This document shows positions 9,903 to 19,408 of a DNA stretch of 64,000 nucleotides, in pieces (positions within the stretch are counted from its first letter, which is position 1; each line of letters begins with the position of its first letter). The stretch is from positions 1 to 64,000 of the IMG/VR virus record IMGVR_UViG_3300046787_000408. The stretch is one strand, 5' to 3'. The position numbers and the translations under genes are program-made. Below the pieces are notes generated by a model that was not told the DNA's origin, did not search any database, and saw nothing but the letters and a program-made list of their open reading frames with translations.

Positions 9903-11324
9903 TTAGACCTTGACACCTGTGTTGTGGAACGGATATGGCTCATGTGTGGGCGCTCGATTAACCACACTGGCTATTCCTTTGTCCACTGGCTTCCACCCGG
10001 TGCTAGCGTTAAATGTCACGTCAGGCATAAGGTTCATGGGAATTACAGGTGGCGTCGGAATCTTGGATGCTGCTGGTCCATTAAGATCAATAGTACCAGC
10101 ACTGGCCACAATAGAACTGCCACCGTTGATACTGGTGTTTTTGCCTTGCAAGCCCAAGGTACCGTCTGCCTTGAGTGCTAGCGTGGCGCGAGAATATACA
10201 GTCATACTTTTACGAGCCATCATGATTAAATCAGTCTCAGTTTCGACCTGCATGGCCTCTTTGCTTTTTACCTTGATGTTTTTGCCAGCGTACATGTTGA
10301 TACTGCCGTCAGCATGCAGATTCAAGTCACCTTGTGTGCGCACATTTACAGAATTACTGCTGTAAAGATCTATTGTGCCTTCACTGCCAAACTCCAGCCA
10401 GCTTTGTCCGTTGGCATGAATGATATAGAAAAAGTCTCCAGAATCACTCATGGTAATCTGATGACCTTTAGCAGTGCGTAGTCTGATCATTTGATCCTTG
10501 CCGTCTACAGACCCATCATCCATGACCAGAGTGTGACCACCTAGACGTCCAATTACTTTGGTATCAACAGGTGATATTGCTCCTTGATCAATACGACTTG
10601 GGATCTCTTCTTGCTTGAATCCACCTTGATAAATTGGTCGTCCTGGTGTGCTAATTCCAAACACTTGGCTAGGACTTTCGCGTTGACTACTGCTGGCCAC
10701 TGGTCCACGGGCAGTGTCAGTTATCAGTCCCTGTTGAAACATTGTGGCTGCTGCCACAGCATGTACCGGCTTAGGTTGGTCAAAGAATCTTGGATTGTTG
10801 ATAATACCGGCGTTGGCTGCATTGATCTCAGTTACCGGCAATTGTGCTGCATCAGCAAAATAGGCTTTTTGACTGGGATTGGCAGTATCTGCTGCTGTAC
10901 TTGCACCTATTGCTGGCACCATGTGCCCAAGGCCTTGCTCAGGCAATACGCCAATGTAGTAACCCTTGTCTCGCTCACCGTTGACAAAGATGCACATGAC
11001 TTTGACTCCAATGTCAGGCGGAGTAAACCACATGCCATATGTGTTACGGTTACCTGGGTATGTACCAACACCAGTGGTAGTACCTGCGTTTGCTGGAGTA
11101 GATCCAAAAAAGCTTGGCAAATATTCTACAGTGGTCCATTTGGTATCGTCGTCTTCTGCACCGTCTGAGAATGTTTCAATGTACACACGTAGTCTACCTG
11201 ATCTAGTGTTATCAACATTGCTCTTGACTTTGCCAATAAACGGACCTGGTTGAGCAGGTACTCCGCCTCGATCCGGTTTGTAGTTCTGTGGTGTGCCTTT
11301 ACTGCGTGCTATATTTTCTGACAT
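9903..11324 (-). CDS. Baseplate hub/central spike, gp5/VgrG-like (OB fold plus beta-helix)
   Basis: GKVKSNVDNTRSGRLRVYI...GMWFTPPDIGVKVMCIFVNG OB-fold motif; GHTLVMDD, GHQITMSD and short beta repeats; TIDLNG end. Confidence 0.85.
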   Translation of the reverse strand: MSENIARSKGTPQNYKPDRGGVPAQPGPFIGKVKSNVDNTRSGRLRVYIETFSDGAEDDDTKWTTVEYLPSFFGSTPANAGTTTGVGTYPGNRNTYGMWFTPPDIGVKVMCIFVNGERDKGYYIGVLPEQGLGHMVPAIGASTAADTANPSQKAYFADAAQLPVTEINAANAGIINNPRFFDQPKPVHAVAAATMFQQGLITDTARGPVASSSQRESPSQVFGISTPGRPIYQGGFKQEEIPSRIDQGAISPVDTKVIGRLGGHTLVMDDGSVDGKDQMIRLRTAKGHQITMSDSGDFFYIIHANGQSWLEFGSEGTIDLYSSNSVNVRTQGDLNLHADGSINMYAGKNIKVKSKEAMQVETETDLIMMARKSMTVYSRATLALKADGTLGLQGKNTSINGGSSIVASAGTIDLNGPAASKIPTPPVIPMNLMPDVTFNASTGWKPVDKGIASVVNRAPTHEPYPFHNTGVKV

Positions 11325-11332
11325 GAGCGTCC

Positions 11333-14300
11333 TTATGCCTCACCAGACATTTGCTGGCTAGGAGTATTTGTTATTTGATTTTGCGCATTCAGTACCCCAG
11401 GTGCTGGTAAGTTAACTGACTGCACTTCTGAACCGTTGCTGGTGGTTGGAGTTGTTGACTGGCGAATCAAATCCACTGCTGCGGTGGCACTAGCGGTGGC
11501 ACTACTGCCAGCAAGATTTACTACATCTAGCACAGGAGGGGCAGGCAATGCTCCTGCTCCTGGAATTACATTCTGAGCCATGCTGGTTAGTACCGAGCTA
11601 CGTTCTGCTAATCCACTGTCATTTGCTGCTACACTGGCTGTTTTGGCAGTAGCGGTGTTTTGTTGTGCTGGAACTGGGAACATGTATAATGATCCTTCAA
11701 CTGTTTGCTCAAATTTACCTTGACGGAATTCACTCACACATTTTTTTGCCAAATAAACATTGCTTTGTATTGCTTGTCGTGCCAAGTTTGCGTTTCCTGA
11801 ATATGCACCTGAGTACGGATCTGCTAGTCCTGTGTTGATGTTGTAGTCTTCAGGGCGCTGCCAGGCAATTTCAAACATCACTTGACTACTGTCAAAGTTG
11901 ATTGTACCATCTGGTAAAAATCCCTTGTAGTCAAAGTTGGTGGGATTGACTCCTGCTGCCACACTGCCTTGTTGTATCCAGGCTGGATCGCCCACAATAC
12001 GAACCTTGGTTGTTCCTTGTTCGCTAGGTGCGTACAAATATTCAGCTGCGTTTGCGGATGTTTCATTACCTTTGCCATCAGCACCAAAGTTGCTTTCTGA
12101 ACTTCGAGCTTGATACACATAGGTAGAAATATCTCGCATGCTAGAAGTAAACTTTCTTCTGATAGCTTCAGTACCTGAGTCTTTGCTGTCACTGCCAGTC
12201 ATGGTCATGTTGTAAAGATGATTGAAATTGGCCTGGTAATCCAGTACGTCTTTGTTTTCACCAGTGAACCAATACTTGTAGCTCTTGTGCAAGCCATTAA
12301 ACTTAGGTATAGGGAAATATTTGCTGTCAAGATTTACAACCACATACGGACTAATAATATAACGAATATCATATGCATAATCGTTGCGTTTGTAATCATA
12401 TTCGCTCACACGGGGCACAGCTTCCATGGTAATATTGAACCAGTTGATTTTGGCTGTTGGAGGTGAGGCTGTGGGAGTTTCTCCTGCCACATCGCCGCTG
12501 GTTGTTGTTTCTTCTTCTTCTTGATTGACCACTCTAGCTTGTTGCGTAATAAACGTGCTATTACGAATAGTCAAGTCAATAACTTGCAACAATTGCTGTC
12601 CTGCAGTCACGGCTGAATTTCTCAAGGTATTGTCAACTTGATTTTTTCGAGGATCAAGGCCACTAGGATCAGTAGTGGCCGGTTTGCCCATTGGAGTTGC
12701 TGCTAGATTTTTAATCTTGTTTTCTGGTTTGATGATAGACGAGTCTCTAATGCTTTCTGCACCGTTAACAAAGACTATTTCATATTGATCTGCATATTCG
12801 TACACACCGTCTTGAACTAATTTTTTCTGAAAATCGTTCATTGCACCCATGAGGCCTTGACGGATAGTAGGTTTGTTTGACGGAGCTGCATTGGCCTTTT
12901 GTGGAGCTGTAGGATTGGTTGTTGGTGTTTCACTAGGTGACGCTGTTCCATACTGAGTGTCACCAGTTAACAATCCGCCCACAGTGCTGTCAGTTAATTC
13001 TATATCATAAGGAATGGTGCCACGGCTTTGTCCACCAGCTATCAACTGACCCACAGGCTTACATACAAAATCGTATGTGACCAGTTTGTTGTGAACGCCC
13101 CAGTTAATTGTTTGTATTTTAAAAGGAATAAATTTTTCAATTGCAGCGTTGGGATCAGTTAGACCTTGAGTTTGACCAACTCCACGTATGAGCTGTCCGT
13201 CAAGATCCCATCCATACCAACGAATGGCCAACAAGTACTGCACTGCGGTGTAGTTTACTTTGCCTGCTCCGTCCTTGGGCACAAAATCTTGCACTGCTGC
13301 ATACATCCTATCCAGCAAGGTAATACCATTGGGCTCAACCACTGTGAATTTTAATTCACTAGCCATGTGAGCCGCACCAGTTTGTTTGCCAGGAAATGCA
13401 TTTTCCAAAGTCAAACTGTCAATATAAAAATCTACATCAAAATAAGGATTGCGTCCTGCATCTCCTGGCTCAAGAGAAGTCATGCCACCAGGGGATTGAG
13501 ACCCACCAACCGGAGCTCCGCCACTTTGAAACAACAGATTACTGCCGTTGAGAGTGCGCTTTTTACTAGTTATCATGGATTTGTATGCTTCTGGAGTCAT
13601 CAAGTACACAGATATACCATATGTGTAGCTAGCAAACTGATCTAGCACATTGTCTTGTGGTTTGATCTGTTGCGGTTCATTGGCTGCATTGTTTGTGGCA
13701 GCGCTGGTGGACTGTGATGTTTCAAATGGATTATCGTCCTGAGCGCCGTTACCAACTGTAACAGCCGGAGCAGCGCCGCCGGCAGTGCCCTGTTGCGATG
13801 GATCAGTAACTTTGCCTTCGCCATTGGGCTGTTCAGTACCTGGTGGATATTCTGGTTGTTTTGGCGCTGATATTGTACCGGCGCCAGTTTGCTCTTGCTC
13901 GTTAGACGATGACTGAGTAGTTGAAAAAGTTTTTTGCGGCCCGTTGGTGTTGATGTCTGCATCGCCAGCGGCAGTGGTTGGTACCTGATCAGCATTAGAC
14001 GGTACAGTCTCAGGCACAAAGTTTTGTATGCGTCCTGTATCAGGGTTGGTTTCTAACGGTTGCTGCTTGATCGGGTTTGGAACTGCGTCATCGCCAACAG
14101 TTTGTCCCGCTGTTTTTGGTGGAGGTGGCACGACCCCACCTTCACTAGCAACTTTTTGTTGTGCTTGAACCAGCTCTTGTCTTAGAGCTGCCAGACGTGC
14201 TTCAGCACGTTGAAGATTGGTTTGAGCCGTGGCACGCTGAATTGGGCGTAAGTTAGGATCTTCAAGTCGTTCTCGAAAAGCAGCAATATCTGCAAGGGTG

Positions 14301-14353
14301 ACATTGATATCAACTTGTATGCGAACAACTTCGCTTTGGGCTGTGGTACTCAT
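11333..14353 (-). CDS. Large baseplate hub protein (gp27/gpD-like by position), with a disordered N-terminal region
   Basis: 1006 aa between the gp53-like and gp5-like genes; KVRIVGDPAWI and YLAKKCVSEFRQGKFEQTVEG resemble hub C-terminal motifs. Confidence 0.55.
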   Translation of the reverse strand: MSTTAQSEVVRIQVDINVTLADIAAFRERLEDPNLRPIQRATAQTNLQRAEARLAALRQELVQAQQKVASEGGVVPPPPKTAGQTVGDDAVPNPIKQQPLETNPDTGRIQNFVPETVPSNADQVPTTAAGDADINTNGPQKTFSTTQSSSNEQEQTGAGTISAPKQPEYPPGTEQPNGEGKVTDPSQQGTAGGAAPAVTVGNGAQDDNPFETSQSTSAATNNAANEPQQIKPQDNVLDQFASYTYGISVYLMTPEAYKSMITSKKRTLNGSNLLFQSGGAPVGGSQSPGGMTSLEPGDAGRNPYFDVDFYIDSLTLENAFPGKQTGAAHMASELKFTVVEPNGITLLDRMYAAVQDFVPKDGAGKVNYTAVQYLLAIRWYGWDLDGQLIRGVGQTQGLTDPNAAIEKFIPFKIQTINWGVHNKLVTYDFVCKPVGQLIAGGQSRGTIPYDIELTDSTVGGLLTGDTQYGTASPSETPTTNPTAPQKANAAPSNKPTIRQGLMGAMNDFQKKLVQDGVYEYADQYEIVFVNGAESIRDSSIIKPENKIKNLAATPMGKPATTDPSGLDPRKNQVDNTLRNSAVTAGQQLLQVIDLTIRNSTFITQQARVVNQEEEETTTSGDVAGETPTASPPTAKINWFNITMEAVPRVSEYDYKRNDYAYDIRYIISPYVVVNLDSKYFPIPKFNGLHKSYKYWFTGENKDVLDYQANFNHLYNMTMTGSDSKDSGTEAIRRKFTSSMRDISTYVYQARSSESNFGADGKGNETSANAAEYLYAPSEQGTTKVRIVGDPAWIQQGSVAAGVNPTNFDYKGFLPDGTINFDSSQVMFEIAWQRPEDYNINTGLADPYSGAYSGNANLARQAIQSNVYLAKKCVSEFRQGKFEQTVEGSLYMFPVPAQQNTATAKTASVAANDSGLAERSSVLTSMAQNVIPGAGALPAPPVLDVVNLAGSSATASATAAVDLIRQSTTPTTSNGSEVQSVNLPAPGVLNAQNQITNTPSQQMSGEA

Positions 14354-14356
14354 TTA

Positions 14357-14656
14357 TTAGAATCCCAGTGTTTCTTGCAGAGTTGATAACTTGGGCAAAT
14401 ATATTTTCTTTCCTGCCACAAAGTCCAAAGGTGGGGCAGTCAAAGTGTTGGGATTACGTTGATAAAACACCCACCATAAATTAGAATTTTGATAAAGGTC
14501 AAATGCCAACAGATCAGGACGATACTGATAAGTTTGATTGATCACAAATGACAAGTCGTCTGTGAGTCTAGGTATAGGTCTATCCACCATGACATCCAAA
14601 AAGAACTGACTGTAGCCAGTTGCATAGTATGGACTGGTTGCTCCGTATGTGGCCAT
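14357..14656 (-). CDS. Baseplate wedge gp53-like (LysM-like) protein
   Basis: YRPDLLAFDLYQNSNLWWVF...N...GKKIYLP. Confidence 0.85.
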   Translation of the reverse strand: MATYGATSPYYATGYSQFFLDVMVDRPIPRLTDDLSFVINQTYQYRPDLLAFDLYQNSNLWWVFYQRNPNTLTAPPLDFVAGKKIYLPKLSTLQETLGF

Positions 14657-17529
14657 TACCAGAACCCTCCTTTGAGCAAGCTGCCGTTAGCAAACTCTTT
14701 GACACTGAACTGTTGACTAACTTGACTGCGTGTGTTGGTAGGCAACAGTGTGATGCTGATTTCTATCTTGGTTGGCACGTAAGTGGCTCCTGTTAGATTG
14801 TCGACGTTTTGAGTTATAGAACCAGGTGTTGGGGAACTAGGCTCAGCGCCTTTGGGCACTCCGGCTGCGGTCAACCGACTCAATGCAGCACTTAACGGAT
14901 TGGTACTGATACCACCTGTTTTGGCTCGTTGGCTAAACAGGTTCCCGTAGTTGTTCGGACCCCATGCTCGTATATAGTCAACTTCGTTGGGCAAGCTGTA
15001 ACTAAAGTTGGATACCAAGCAAGGATGTTCGTTAAATTGGTATTCGCCAAACCCGCTGAGATATACCAAAGGAGGTGGTGCACCACGCAAGGCATCTTGG
15101 CCATAGAACATGCGTGTTACAGATCTAAAAAAGTGTATCACGGCCAGCATGTATTCTGCTTCAGCAGTGTCTTGAGCAGTAAAGGTGCCACGAATATTGA
15201 TGTCGTTGACCACACTGTTCTTGTAGAAATATCCACGATAGTTGCTGTGAACTAAATCGTACTTGTCATAGTTGGCAGCATAGGATGTTTCAATAGTTGG
15301 AGTGTAGGGAAACACTACCCCGTCTGTTTGAAACAGTGGTGCCAGTATACCTGGCTCAGGATCTTTGTAGAGATACTGTGCGCCAGGTGCCAGTTGCAAT
15401 CGTACACGCCAGTCTGGTGCAGCAGCTTCATTGTTTCGCGCCTCCAGTGTTGCTTGTTCTTTGGCTTTTTGTATAGTGGCATTTTGCCTTGACAGCAAGT
15501 CTGTTACTGCACCCAAGCCGCTGGCCTGTACCAAACTGTCTACAGTATCAGTTACAAATCCTGTTAGATTGTCAGGAATTCTTTCAGGTAAACTTCTAAT
15601 ACCGGCCACTAACGAATTGGCAGTGTCTTCAGCTTGTTGTGCCAGTCCAGCAACCTGAGCCGCAGTAAGTTGCAATGCACCAGTAACAGACGGAAGTGCT
15701 GGCAATGCAGCAGTAAATCCGGCTGCAAAGCCTGTAGCAATACCTGCTAGGTCAGTGGGCACAGATGGAACAGACGATAATACATTGTTGACTGCACCAG
15801 TTACTACACCAGTTGCTCCTGCTAGGTTAGTAGGTACTCCAGCGTTTGATGCAACTGATGAAAAAGACGCATTAGCAAATCCTGCTGAGTTAACAAGACC
15901 TGTTACTGCAACCACAGTGGCGCCGTTGGCAGATAACCCTGTTGAGCCACTTGAACCTGGACCAGCTACTAGACCAGCAGCGGCATCATTGATAGCAGCT
16001 TGTCTAGCTGCTTCGGTAGGATTGGTGGCGTTTAACGCCCAGCTTTGAAAAGTGGCTTCGTCCCAACCGTTTTCAGCTTTGAGTTGATTTTTAACATTAA
16101 CATCGGTAAGAGCTGCACTGGCAATACCATATGCTTCCTTGTTGCTGCCTTGATATGCTGGCCAATTTGGATCGTTCCAAGGTGCAATGGTGCTGCCCGG
16201 AGGTGTTACTCCATTTTGACTAAACAGTGCTGTTCGATCGTCTGCGCGATTAATTTGATTTTGTGCCTGCGCAACCAGTTTTGGATCAGCATAAGGGTCG
16301 GAGATACCTTGCCGAGCCCAGGTTTCTCTAACTAATCCCCCGTTATTGGGATCGTACTGTGATCCTTGCCACTGAATAAATCTAGCTGTTTCAGAGTTAG
16401 CATCAACTACTATGCTGCCTTCAGAAGTAGATACAGTTCTAGCCACTTCAGGCAGCGCTGTTATTGTCACAGTTCTAAACGGAGTGTCTACAGTAGTAGT
16501 ACCGTACGTGGGCACACTGATATCTATAGCTACTGGTGGTTTTGAGTTGCCTTCAAAGTAAGCGGTGATGTCAATATTTCTACCATTTTCTAGTGTAATA
16601 TAAACTTGGCCAGTGTTTGGATCACTAACAGTAGGAATTGCAGCATCTGGCGGAAATCCATTGGCGATAGCTGCTCTTCGAATATCATCGCGAGCCTCTT
16701 GTCTTGAAAGTTGTTCGGCCCGAATAAATTCAGTAGTGCCTCGATAAAACTGAGGATTTCCGCTGGCATTCAGTGTTCCTGGTTCTACTTGCGAAGGTGA
16801 ATTCGTAATACGATTTAACTGAGCAATTTCTTGAACAGCTTCTGGAGGGAGAAAATACGTACCGTCGGAGGCCCGGCTGTAGCGACCAACTGCACCAGTA
16901 GCACCTTCAATTCTAGCAATGTCCTCAACGGTCATGTTTTTGCCGCCATACAATTCAACTGCTAGTTTTTCCCAGGCTTGGTTTCCGTTCTTGACATTGC
17001 TTAGATCAACATTTCGAATTTCAGGATCTAGTGCAACTTCACGCCGGGTCGCAAAAGGATCACGAGCAGCATCTGCATATGAAAACTGGACTGGCGAATA
17101 ATAATCAGGTGCTGTTGGAAGGGGAGTGGGATTAAACCCGTACTCTTCTTTCCAGACTGCTCCAACTTCAGGAATAATGTTTGCAATTTCATTAAGATTG
17201 CTGTTGGAGCGAATGGTATAATCTTTTCTATCAGTACCAGAAATAAAATTTGCTTTATCTTCGCTGTAGCGATATATTACGCCGCCTGCAAAGTCGGTAT
17301 AAGAACCCACTGGAGCGTTTTTCCAGTAACTATCGTAGTCAGCTGCAATGCTCACCTGTGGCGGAGAAGCAACTACACCAGTATTGGTTACTGTTGGCAA
17401 CGGTGCTGGCACTGGAGCAGGTGCAGCAGATTCTACCCGAGGTGGGGGTGGTGGTGGCGGAGCGGGTACAGGATCGTCTTCCCAGACTGTAAATGAGTTT
17501 TCTCCAGTTCCTACGGTGATGTATGCCAT
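14656..17529 (-). CDS. Tail-tube initiator/baseplate cap (gp48/gp54-like) C-terminal domain with a ~700 aa N-terminal extension
   Basis: C-terminal VFPYTPTI...INIRGTFTAQ...HFFRS...GAPPPLVYLSGFG...PCLVSNFSYSLP...PTKIEISITL tube-like fold; immediately upstream of the gp53-like gene. Confidence 0.65.
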   Translation of the reverse strand: MAYITVGTGENSFTVWEDDPVPAPPPPPPPRVESAAPAPVPAPLPTVTNTGVVASPPQVSIAADYDSYWKNAPVGSYTDFAGGVIYRYSEDKANFISGTDRKDYTIRSNSNLNEIANIIPEVGAVWKEEYGFNPTPLPTAPDYYSPVQFSYADAARDPFATRREVALDPEIRNVDLSNVKNGNQAWEKLAVELYGGKNMTVEDIARIEGATGAVGRYSRASDGTYFLPPEAVQEIAQLNRITNSPSQVEPGTLNASGNPQFYRGTTEFIRAEQLSRQEARDDIRRAAIANGFPPDAAIPTVSDPNTGQVYITLENGRNIDITAYFEGNSKPPVAIDISVPTYGTTTVDTPFRTVTITALPEVARTVSTSEGSIVVDANSETARFIQWQGSQYDPNNGGLVRETWARQGISDPYADPKLVAQAQNQINRADDRTALFSQNGVTPPGSTIAPWNDPNWPAYQGSNKEAYGIASAALTDVNVKNQLKAENGWDEATFQSWALNATNPTEAARQAAINDAAAGLVAGPGSSGSTGLSANGATVVAVTGLVNSAGFANASFSSVASNAGVPTNLAGATGVVTGAVNNVLSSVPSVPTDLAGIATGFAAGFTAALPALPSVTGALQLTAAQVAGLAQQAEDTANSLVAGIRSLPERIPDNLTGFVTDTVDSLVQASGLGAVTDLLSRQNATIQKAKEQATLEARNNEAAAPDWRVRLQLAPGAQYLYKDPEPGILAPLFQTDGVVFPYTPTIETSYAANYDKYDLVHSNYRGYFYKNSVVNDINIRGTFTAQDTAEAEYMLAVIHFFRSVTRMFYGQDALRGAPPPLVYLSGFGEYQFNEHPCLVSNFSYSLPNEVDYIRAWGPNNYGNLFSQRAKTGGISTNPLSAALSRLTAAGVPKGAEPSSPTPGSITQNVDNLTGATYVPTKIEISITLLPTNTRSQVSQQFSVKEFANGSLLKGGFW

Positions 17530-17553
17530 TGGTTTGCTTGCCTTCTTATGGCT

Positions 17554-17559
17554 TATTTA
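17554..17559 (-). promoter_or_regulatory. Late promoter TAAATA for the baseplate operon
   Basis: ccggTAAATAagcc, 24 nt upstream of ATG 17529. Confidence 0.7.
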
Positions 17560-17590
17560 CCGGTATAAAAAACTGCGCCGTTTACTCTGA

Positions 17591-18436
17591 TTACACTGGA
17601 GGTTGTACAGGTATGCCAACAAATGGCTGATTGTCAAGCTGCTGTATAGCCAGCTGAAGATCTACTGCTGGACTCACTGTGTAGTTTACTGTGGGGTTGA
17701 CTGTGGTAGTTGCAACAGTTGTGGGTACACCAGGATCTGATTGAGTAGACGTTGGTGCAATTCTTACTGAAACTGGACGAGTTGCTGTGTACTGAGGACT
17801 AGAATAGTACACTGGTACTTCTGCCGCAGCAGCCGCTAGTGCAGCTGATTCAGCGTCAATTATGGTTATTGTTCTGCCTGCTGCTGCTACTGTTGCAGTT
17901 GTTTGAGCCTGTGCTTGTGACTCTGCTTGCGTTATTATCTGCACTGTTTGTATATCTTGCGCCAGCTGTTGCTGGTACAACTGCTGTTGAATTTCTGCAG
18001 CCTGTTGTGCAGCTTGTGCAGCAGCGGCTTGTTGTGCAGCCAGTTGTGCTTGAATAGCTGCCTGTCGAGCTGCTTCTTCATAGGCAACTTGTTGCGAAGC
18101 CTGAGCTTGAGCTGCTAGTTGTGCTTGGGCAGCAGCTTCTTGTGCAGCTTGGTAAGCGGCTTGTTGTGCTGCCGCTTGCTCGGCAGCAGCCTGGGCTTGT
18201 GCGGCTGCTTGTTGTGCGGCTGCTTGTGCAGCCTGCTGGGCTTGCTGTTGGGCTTGATACTGTTGTTGAGCAAGATACTGTGCATAGGCCTGTTGCTGTG
18301 CAATCTGTTGTTGTTGGGCCTGATATTGCTCATAAGCTCGCTGTTGAGCAAGTTGTTGTTGATACTGATAGTACGCCTGTTGTTGTGCTTGGTACTGATA
18401 ATATTGTTGTTGTGCTATGTATTGTGCGTAGTCCAT
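17591..18436 (-). CDS. Gln/Ala/Tyr-rich low-complexity protein (prion-like N-terminus, Q/A helix, Thr/Val/Pro-rich tail)
   Basis: 281 aa ORF with its own TAAATA (18455-18460) and AGGAG RBS; fills the space between the operon and gp55. Confidence 0.75.
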   Translation of the reverse strand: MDYAQYIAQQQYYQYQAQQQAYYQYQQQLAQQRAYEQYQAQQQQIAQQQAYAQYLAQQQYQAQQQAQQAAQAAAQQAAAQAQAAAEQAAAQQAAYQAAQEAAAQAQLAAQAQASQQVAYEEAARQAAIQAQLAAQQAAAAQAAQQAAEIQQQLYQQQLAQDIQTVQIITQAESQAQAQTTATVAAAGRTITIIDAESAALAAAAAEVPVYYSSPQYTATRPVSVRIAPTSTQSDPGVPTTVATTTVNPTVNYTVSPAVDLQLAIQQLDNQPFVGIPVQPPV

Positions 18437-18454
18437 GGTGGCTCCTGTTTACCA

Positions 18455-18460
18455 TATTTA
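18455..18460 (-). promoter_or_regulatory. Late promoter for the Q-rich gene
   Basis: gggTAAATAtggtaaacAGGAGccaccATG. Confidence 0.7.
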
Positions 18461-18471
18461 CCCAATTCTGG

Positions 18472-18499
18472 TTGACATCTGTGGCGTTTATGCTACAAT
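18472..18499 (+). promoter_or_regulatory. Sigma70-type promoter for the gp55-like gene
   Basis: TTGACA-16 nt-TACAAT with an extended -10 TG; ATG 9 nt downstream. Confidence 0.75.
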
Positions 18500-18508
18500 A
18501 AGTACTAT

Positions 18509-19408
18509 ATGTCCTTAATCCCTAAACCTCCTGCCAAAGTAAACTATCTCAACAACCGAGATATCCTCAAAGAAATTCATCTCAGCAAAAATACCTACTG
18601 CTGGTATCGTGACAGAGACCTTGATCATCAATTTGATTTGATTCTGCCGTCAGTGGACAAGATCAATCAGCGCACTGTGGTAGAAGCACGTAAAAATCGT
18701 GCTGACCGTATCAAACGCGAAACAGGTGAAGTAATTGATCAAAAGAAAATTGCCAACACTGATCTAGTGTTTCGAATCACTGCTTGGGATCATATTCCCA
18801 AGGCACCCAAGAAAATAACCAAAGCCGAAGCCAAACGCAAAAAACTAGAAGACATCTTTGAACTAGAAGATGCTGTAACTGATGATCCATTGGCTGATCT
18901 TGTGGACGAACCTGTGCTGAACATGAACTATGTGCGACTGAATTTTCCGCCGTTTGAGCACTACAGACTAGACGAAGACAAGGTTCCTTTTATTGTGGGC
19001 CGCAGTCACTGGAAAGGCGATTTGGCCACAGGCGAGTTTTGTCGTGAACACGGTACTATGACTCGCAAGTTGGCCACTATGTTTATGAAACTGTGTGAGC
19101 GTTATGCCACACGCTCTAACTGGAGAGGATACACCTACAATGAAGAAATGCGTGGACAAGCCCTACTTCAACTATCACAGATTGGTCTTCAATTCGATGA
19201 GTCTAAGAGTCAGAATCCGTTTGCATACTATACGGCGGCTATTACAAACAGTTTTACACGTATCCTAAACATCGAAAAGAAAAATCAAAACATTCGCGAT
19301 GACATTTTGGAGATCAACGGTCTCAACCCATCATGGACACGCCAAAACTCCGGCAGCAAAAGCATGGCAGCTATGTCTGGTCCGGTTATTTCCAGCCTAG
19401 ATGAATAA
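18509..19408 (+). CDS. gp55: Late-transcription sigma factor, T4 gp55-like
   Basis: YLNNRDILKEI N-terminus; RSNWRGYTYNEEMRGQAL...FDESKSQNPFAYYTAAITNSFTRILNIEKK; directly upstream of gp47/gp46 as in T4-like phages. Confidence 0.9.
   Translation: MSLIPKPPAKVNYLNNRDILKEIHLSKNTYCWYRDRDLDHQFDLILPSVDKINQRTVVEARKNRADRIKRETGEVIDQKKIANTDLVFRITAWDHIPKAPKKITKAEAKRKKLEDIFELEDAVTDDPLADLVDEPVLNMNYVRLNFPPFEHYRLDEDKVPFIVGRSHWKGDLATGEFCREHGTMTRKLATMFMKLCERYATRSNWRGYTYNEEMRGQALLQLSQIGLQFDESKSQNPFAYYTAAITNSFTRILNIEKKNQNIRDDILEINGLNPSWTRQNSGSKSMAAMSGPVISSLDE

Noticed and set aside
17839-18501. Leu/Cys-rich plus-strand ORFs
   Set aside because: Antisense shadows of the CAA/CAG/GCA-rich Q/A gene, which has the promoter and RBS.
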